A stretch of DNA of 63,791 nt, filler included, from Choristocarpus tenellus KU-1152 (taxonomy: Eukaryota > Protista > Phaeophyceae): the NCBI GenBank assembly GCA_964200185.2. It is 9 parts of 9 records of this genome, joined end to end, with 100 filler letters (N's around TTAATTAATTAA, not from the genome) between each part and the next. Parts side by side here need not be neighbours in the genome. Positions count along the whole stretch, not along the records: positions 53,525 to 61,084 come from CAXNAD020005961.1; positions 61,185 to 63,791 come from CAXNAD020026330.1; 7 more parts are not named here. One strand, 5' to 3'. Positions within the stretch are counted from its first letter, which is position 1. Each line of letters begins with the position of its first letter. The translations under genes and the position numbers were made by a program. Under the pieces are notes generated by a model. It was given only the letters and a program-made list of their open reading frames with translations, ran no database searches and was not told the DNA's origin. Positions 56,281 to 63,791 of the stretch are shown here, piece after piece.

Positions 56281-58602
56281 GATTTTTGGTTGAGCCAGGA
56301 CAACCTAGGGGCTCGATGTTGTGACTATTACAGAGTTGGAAACAACCCCCACGTGTAGAAGGACCACAGTCTCTTCACGACCTTCAAAATGTTTCTGTTA
56401 TACCTCGGTACAAACTCTGCCAATATGACTCCCCTTCGCTTGGTTGCTTCTATACGTCTTGCTTTTTTATAGGGAAATATCGATCCACTACCACAAAGTT
56501 GTCAGGACTTGTATCTTGCGTATAACCTTCCCCTCCTCCCAAGTATGGTATTGGAGACGTTTCGTGGATGAGTGTGAGCAGAGTAGAGATTTCTCTTGCT
56601 TCCAATATTTGAATAGTGGGATCTGACTTGTACAGTACCACCAAATACTTCAGGTTAATATAGTCGTGAACCTAACATTACTTTTGTTTGTAGAAGACGA
56701 GAATATTCGATTCAATGGGCGTATGGTCGTTCCCGCCATTGATTGTGTCATCTTGTTTTGGTTCAAAATATTTTCTTTGTTGATACAGAAAAATATCAAA
56801 ATTCTATACAGTACTAATTCTACTATTGTAGTTGAAAAAAAACTAGATTTAGAACATGTTCATGAACTATCGATGATATTGTTGTTTCTTATAGTATTCT
56901 TATGTTTAGGACATTTTATATACACATATGTATATAGTTTTCGTTGGTTTCCCCCTGAGATACATCTGCAAAATGTCAGAGGGCATAATAATAAAAATAT
57001 TGTTGTTGTATCCTATGTAAATTATTTATTATTTGAATTGCATCTTTGTTGTGAAGTTCTACTGAGAAAAGGAAAAACAAAGTCCACCTTTGGGAAATTT
57101 CGAAATTTCAATTCGATATAGTTAGACTACCTCCTAAAAAACTTGATTCTACAATCCATATACATAAAAATCGAACCTAGTATGTTATTATTGGACAAGT
57201 GGTTGAATTATCTATACTAGACTAAAAAAGAACCTTTTCTTTCTCAGAATCATGAATTCTAGTTGGATTCTGATTGGCTATCGTAATGATGGATTTCTAT
57301 TGGTTGAGGTACTCCCATTTCCAGGATCGACTTCAACTTACTTTGAATATCGCATCGTTTCCTTCTACCTTCCATTTTGTGAAAGAAGTGAATAGACACC
57401 AAACAAAAGTACTAATAATAGTAATATCTATGATGCAATACATCATTGGAACAACAGTTAGTCCAACACCCACCACCACCTCAACAATCAACACCCCTAA
57501 ACATCGTATATTACACCCTCGATTTGGACAGAATTCTGCTCATTGGATCTGTCATTGGTGGTTCGAAAGTTCCAGTCGTTAGTTATCGTGTTGATGAGGA
57601 GACGAGTGCTGAGTACAACTTAGTATCCCTCCTCCATCATGCACTACAAGTCTATTGACCTCATCTTGGGCTTCCATTGGAGCGGGTGCAAACCAAATCA
57701 ACATTTATGTAGGTAACCAGGGTTACATTTTAAGGATACCAAGAAAGGGCAAAAAGACGCAATTTTGTACTATTATTGTAGAAAGAGCCTTTGCTTGTTT
57801 GTGGTGTCCTTTTGTGTGTGGAAGGGGAGGGTATCAATTTTGCGTACACTATTGTTCACACAATGCAAATAACAAGGCGTATTGCACGGGGTAATATAGA
57901 TGACCTAGAATATGAAAGGGTCTAAACCTGCCTACCTCTTAATTGGTTTGGCTCTGTACCACCCCAGTCTACACCACTTTGCTTGGTTGATGATCGACTT
58001 GCGGAAACTCCTTAGTAGCAAAAACTCTATACTTCTTATAGATAAGTTTGTGTGGAACGATGATGCTTGAGATTCTTACTGGTAGAGTTTGAGCAGATGA
58101 TGGCCACTGCAAATGCCTTACCAGAACCTCCTCCTTGCCAGGAGGGTCAGGAGGGAGGCTGGTACTAACCCCACAATGCTGCATGATGGCAATAAAACAT
58201 AGATGGCAGTCCTGGACATCCTTCACTGCATCTATCTGAACTTACTTGGACCCGTTGATGTGTCTCTAAGAGTAGAGAGATAAATTTATCCCCCACGCAC
58301 CTCTTAGAGTAACTTTGTACCATTTTCATAATAAAAAGTAGGAGCTGTAACGTATATTAAAATGATTGACATGATAGAATGTGGAAGTGGATAGTGTGTG
58401 GCTGATATATTATAAACATTCGCTACTACTGTTGTAAATAATGCAGACTTTGTTGTTGCTTCGTTATATTGTTTGCCTTGTGAGATTCTTCCTCTTCCGT
58501 CTGTCACAACATCTATCAAATTTCAATGGGTGTAATAAATATACTTTAGCATAGTATATATGGCAGGAAATAAAAATAATAATTCAGACTCTATTGTTAT
58601 TT

Positions 58603-61084
58603 TGTGTAGATTTAGACTGCTATTCGTGTGAGTATGGAAGAAGAGAAAAGATATGGGAGCCTCACACGATTCCTGTTTACTGAACGCGATGAGATAGTTG
58701 AAAAGAGAAGAGTGATACTATTTTGCATGGTAGGACCTGGTTTAGGTCTTGTTGTTTCTAGAAAGAATCACTAAAAAGAAGAATGTACAACATTTCCAGA
58801 AAACTCTCTCACGATACAGCAAAACGCCTCAAACATGTGGGCTTCAACCCAGAAATAATTGTCTATAAATATCTGTGAATCGTGTGATTCTGTGGCGGTG
58901 TGGTTCACTCAGACAAGTGTGGTGAAGAGAATCACCGGGCAAGACGGACCACACGAACAAGGATGAACTGTGACCGAGGGTACGAGGTTAAGGTTGGTCA
59001 AGTGCAAACTTAGGAGTGATGAGTACCATCAAAGGTGGGGCTTCACCACCACCAGTCAAGACGTGAGAACAAAAGTGGATCTTCCATGTGCGACATTCGG
59101 ACAGAAAGTCTGTCCATAGAATCATGGATTCTTGACTGGGACCCTTGATCAGTACCACGGTATAACGGTATAATAACAGACAAACATGCTTTCCACATAT
59201 CCCGCTAAGATATTAACTATCATCCCGACTATTTTCGGTTACAATTAGTATAATTCAGATCGTATTTTGCACACTCCCCCATGAGAGTGTAAGGAAAAGA
59301 ACCCAAATTGCTTCAACTCTCACACACTACATTCATCTTATCAATACAGTTTCTACGAAGGCTTCTACCTGCTTCTTCCGTAGTCGCTTGGTTATAATGT
59401 CAACAAGTTGCAATGCAGTTGATATGTATTTCACTTCGAGAAAACCCTGGCTCACGTATTCTGTTCTACTTTTCAACTTCATGTCAACATGCGTCGTCCT
59501 TCCATTGAACCCCATAATTGTCTCTGCCTGTAACGCCCCTCGGTTTTCATTACCAAGTCGCAACTCCTTGTGGTACGCCAAGCTCCCCCAGGATTCCACT
59601 GACAAAATGTAGCGTCTCTCATTCCTTGCTCCATTGCTGTCCACTCTGTTTCTGAGCTAGATAGGGTAACTACTCCTTGCAATTTTGAGTTCCATGCGAT
59701 CGGTGCTCCATTGAGAGTGGCAAGTAACTTAGAGGGTACGAGATTTTACCTGTTTGCCCATTTGGGACTTGGCTTCTCATGGGTTTCTAATGGCATTTTA
59801 CTTACTCCAAAAATTTTCGGAGTAGGTAAAATGTATACATTATGAAAAGGTGTGTCCGGAACAAGGATATTGACATCTCCTAACAAACACGATAGTCAAA
59901 ATTACATCAAAATTGCAACATTGGATTTTGGCCCCCAAATGGACACGGCTCTACCCTCTAAGATACTTTGACTGTTGAACTATATAGTAGGTATCCTTTG
60001 ATGCTCCATCTCGATACAAGATCATTGACCCAGTCTTTAAGTCCCCACGCCCGATTAACCCTTTGCAGTTTTTTTCTCCTTCAATGGTATGGTATATCCC
60101 CATATTGGTGGAACCTGCAACGCAACACGGTACATGTTGCAGTCCCTTCCAGTGCCGCCTGCGTGGTGATGAAGCAGTGAGACCTAGTTCCCTCAAGGAG
60201 CTGCTGCTGTTACTAGCCCTGTCCTGATTATATCATTCACTGGACTGAACGTGTTAAAGCAGTCCACACTCTCCCATTGAGTGAAGCCCTATCCCACCAA
60301 CCTGGACCTGAACTGTTTGATGGTCCCTTTGGTGTCCGCTTAATCTTGAATATGAACTTGGTCTTTATTGGTTTCCTTCCCTGTGGCAACTCCTCTCCCT
60401 CTATGGACGTTCCTATCATCCATTGTCCACCCATTGCCTTCTCCATGGCCGCTTGCCATTCTCGGTGTCAGGCCCCGCAAGCGCTTCTGATATGGAAGAT
60501 GGTTCTTGATGGACGGGTGCCGATGTTACTTGTGGGTCGGATTCTGTAACGTCGCTAAAGTCCTGAATAGAACCCCTCTCAGATTCATCATCCATGCCGT
60601 ACTTGTCTTGTTCTTAGTACTCGGCCAGAGAGATCTCCTCTTCCCCAACAAAGTCCATTGTGCGCTCCTCTGTTTCAAAGGTTACATGCACCGAAGTGAC
60701 TACCTTCCCTTCCTGGGGAAGTCATATGTGCCAGCATACTGATGTACAGTTGTGCCCCGATAGCAGTCACCTCTTGGCATAGGCGTGGAATTTCGATGAA
60801 GTTCCACGCTGCTGTTTTGCCTGGTTCATATAGCACTTCCTTCCCCAGACTCTCAGCCTGTCGTAGTTGAATGGTTTTTCTGCGAGTCGATCACATGGTG
60901 TCTCGACACACAGATACTAATGCAGCACCCCTCCAGTTTCGAATGCCATGTCCGTTATGGCAAAGAAACAGTACTCGTTGCCCAGTCCTGCTTTCACTAG
61001 TTGGCTCCTCATGTTAAAGTATCCCCAAAATCATCAAAGAGGATAAAGGTGATAAACCCTGCGAGATTGCTTGGTGTCTGTAGA
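58603..61084 (-). mobile_element. Ty1/copia relic with internal RT deletion, RNase H, PPT and 3' LTR
   Basis: LPQGRKPIKTKFIFKIKR (60350-60400), RHWKGLQHV, NGAPIAWNSKLQGVVTLSSSETEW, GRTTHVD and YISTALQLVDIITKRL. PPT GGGGGAG at 59280-59274 is followed by TGTG. The far LTR end (58603) is tentative. Confidence 0.88.
59715..59974. mobile_element. MITE family A copy in copia RNase H, TSD TTGA
   Basis: TTGA|GAGTGGCAAGTAACTTAGAGGGTA...TAAGATACTTTGACTG|TTGA. Confidence 0.92.
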
Positions 61085-61184
61085 NNNNNNNNNNNNNNNN
61101 NNNNNNNNNNNNNNNNNNNNNNNNNNNNTTAATTAATTAANNNNNNNNNNNNNNNNNNNNNNNNNNNNNNNNNNNNNNNNNNNN
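61085..61184. other. Artificial contig linker
   Basis: N44-TTAATTAATTAA-N44. Confidence 0.98.
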
Positions 61185-61494
61185 GTGGTGGGGGCGGCGC
61201 TGGGGGGCGCGGGCGGGGGCGGGGGTGGGGGGGGGGGGGGGGGGGGGGTCTATCTACACCAGGTTGTCCATTCGAGCCTTGCCCAGGGCTAGTGCACTTA
61301 CATTTTCCATCCCGACACATGCAACCAAGTCACCCAAAAACTGCTACATGAAAAAATTGACCTCGAATGGACTGCCACCACTACCACCCCTAGCTTCTTT
61401 GAGCCTTTGCCGTACACAAATGGGCGAGGAGCTGGGGAAGTATCCCAAGGATCTGACAGGCCCCTTCTTGCCCACCTGCCTGGTACCTCTCGTT

Positions 61495-62110
61495 AGGAAT
61501 GCATAATGCGTCTCGAGAGAGCCACTTGTGTAGTGAGAGACATTGTATGTCTAAAACGGGACTTGACAGTCCCTTTACTACAATATCCTTCTGCCCTTCT
61601 CCCCTCTATTACTTACGTGGCTAACTCATCCAAGAAACTTTCTGCTTACTTTCCAAGGCGCACAAAGCTTTCCAACGTGAAGGTGTTGAGGTTAAAACTA
61701 CGAGGGCTGATAGATCCCTCATAGTGAGTGTGCTTCGCACCTCAGCTATAGCAGCAACTACACCATCGCTCTTGGAGGAGTGTGATGGATGACAGACTGC
61801 TCGAACTTCTACTAAAGCAACTGTCCAGAAGGAGACCTTTGTCCTGGCAGGGATCTGAGTCAGCTTCTGAGAGTACCCCAGGGTGGAACACCACATCCAT
61901 ATGAAACTTCCGGTCCAGATATGCTGCCATCATCCATACTGCACGGGATGGCCATTCCCCTGCAGGTTTGACCTAGGCGTTTCACCATTGGTGTGTGCTG
62001 GCGTATTTGTCCTCCCGCCCTAGTGCAGGTGAGGGCATGTTGTGTGTCAACATTGTGCCCCCTACAGCTAGCCAGTGGACACCTGTTGTGTAGGGTCTTC
62101 TCCCTCCCAA
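61495..62110 (-). mobile_element. 3' relic of an RLE-type (CRE-like) non-LTR retrotransposon
   Basis: CPLASCRGHNVDTQHALTCTRAGGQIRQH (CCHC knuckle), HMDVV, KGLLLD, FTLESFVRLGK*AESFLDELA and TTQVALSRR, with stops and frameshifts. Confidence 0.85.
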
Positions 62111-63489
62111 TAGATCTGCTATCGCTGGTGAGTCTAAACTCTACGGGGGGAATCCAGGGATCTGGATCCAGTGGTTGTGTAGAGACCCGTGCATTGGCCC
62201 CTTGTCCACACTAGCTCCAGAGTCAGGCCAGTGCTAATGAAGAACTTTCCCCCCCTTATTCCTCTCCATCATCCCGAAGGTTGACCTAGTTGCATCCGAA
62301 AAGAGTCTCAACACGCCCTGTTCAGAAGGCGGGTGTATCGTGCTACGCCCTCCTTATGATCCTGGCATAATTTGTACATGTTTCCACACGTCAGACTAAT
62401 CAATTTCGACAAATCAATGGCTGTTCCTGTCATAAATCTGAGTTATGTATATTGGGGCACATCCTTTCGAAACAAGGATTTAGGAGTTAGATCTTTCATT
62501 TGTGGGATCCTAAACGTTTGTACTTAGTGGTATTTCTGAGAGTGGTGTGGTAGAAATATTTCCCAGAACATGATGAGATGTTGATGAATCAACATATTGT
62601 AACTTGTACAATACGTGAACAGTGTATTGTGAAACAGATGGAAACAAGCGGACAGGTTCTTCGTGATGAAGGGGAGCGGGAAGACCCATAGGAGGCAAGA
62701 TCAAAGAGAGACAAATCAAAAAGGGAGAGCAATCCCTCAGAAGATCACTAAGGAAAAGAGTGTTCAGGTGGTAACTGAAAGAGGTGGGTGTTGTTAAGGT
62801 CACTCCAAACCACCCAATCTTACTTCAAGCAGATGTTACCTTCAACATGCAAGAACAAATGTCATATGAACATCATAATGTTCAAGATAGGTCACCTTCA
62901 GGGTATACCTTCTGTGGAAGATGGCCCTCACAGTATACGATATTTCGTAGAGAAATATCTTCAAACATTGTTATTTTTCAAATACTACTACATATTTTAG
63001 AGAGGCCCTTCGTTATTATTTATCTAGCGTTGATGATAACAGTTGATTTTTCAGTTCTATAACCTACAGCAAAAAAAGAGCTTGACCTAGGTCACATTAT
63101 TCACTGATAACACTAACCCTAACCCTAACCTTAACCCTCTGCAGCAAAAAAAAATCTATCACAACCCTACGACAAGGACATCCCATCCTATCTAAAGCAA
63201 AAAATACAATAGTAATAGTAATAGTTATAGTAATAGTAACAACAATAATAACAATAATAATAATAACAATAATGCTCCTTATCACATAGTTTTGGTTTTC
63301 TTCCCCCCCCCCCACACCCACACATCTGAAAAACATTAGAGGGCGTAGAAATATATAAAAGAAAACCCTGTTAGGGTTTCCATAACTTGCAAGAGTGAGT
63401 CAAGCCTATTGAGTGGTAGGCAAGTTTGGACCCTTTTGCATTCTAAGCAACCATTCGATATCTCTCCATGTGCAGCACACTCTATTCGT

Positions 63490-63791
63490 CGCTTGACGAG
63501 ACAATACTGTACGCAGGGGCACTACTAGCAGATGCTGGAACTGCTCCCTACAGGGACAAAGGTCTCCTACTGGACATCACCTTCGCAGAGGTACAGGCCA
63601 CTTCCCACCTCACCCACTCATCCGCCAGCAATGGTGTAGCTGCTGCTGCAGCTGAGGTGCGAAAGCACACCCACTATGTATGAGGGCTCATTTGATCCTC
63701 GTAGTTATAACCTCAACACCTTTGCGGTGGAAAGTTTTGGGCGCCTCGGCAAGCAAGCGGAAAGCTTCCTGGATGAGCTGGCTACCCACAT
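63490..63791 (+). mobile_element. Second RLE non-LTR relic, opposite orientation, runs off the window
   Basis: KGLLLDITFAEVQA...AAAAAEVRKHTHY and YNLNTFAVESFGRLGKQAESFLDELATH. Confidence 0.85.

Overview
Eukaryotic, intron-rich nuclear DNA, probably a photosynthetic stramenopile such as a brown alga or close relative (inferred from gene content, GT-AG introns and scattered TTAGGG repeats). It is not one locus: nine contigs are joined by eight identical artificial 100-nt linkers (N44-TTAATTAATTAA-N44), so adjacency across a linker is not evidence. Host genes reconstructed by splice-phase analysis are: the 3' part of a probable SHAQKYF-type MYB factor (+, 86-6800); a MYND zinc-finger protein with a single coding exon (+, 39202-40419); a complete TMEM128-like gene (-, 43900-42567), head-to-head with an RCC1-repeat gene (+, 44455-49153, truncated); the 3' end of a Lines/LINS1-like gene (+, 49448-50656); and the 5' part of an SPX-domain gene (-, 56280-53896). 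The rest is a dense, nested mobilome. It includes at least 14 copies of a ~260-bp MITE with GAG...CTC ends, one inserted into the terminal repeat of another copy, plus two sister families with G(A/G)G(T/C)CAAA ends (Sola2-like). There are also AACAG-ended foldback elements, two Ty1/copia relics, two solo LTRs, CRE-like non-LTR relics, a probable Dada transposase relic, an unidentified duplicated element and several minisatellites. The most notable system is the interlocking Sola2-like MITE set, with mixed 3/4-bp target duplications and a possible parental transposase relic. No CRISPR array, tRNA or rRNA is supported. Family assignments come from motif recognition, not database searches.
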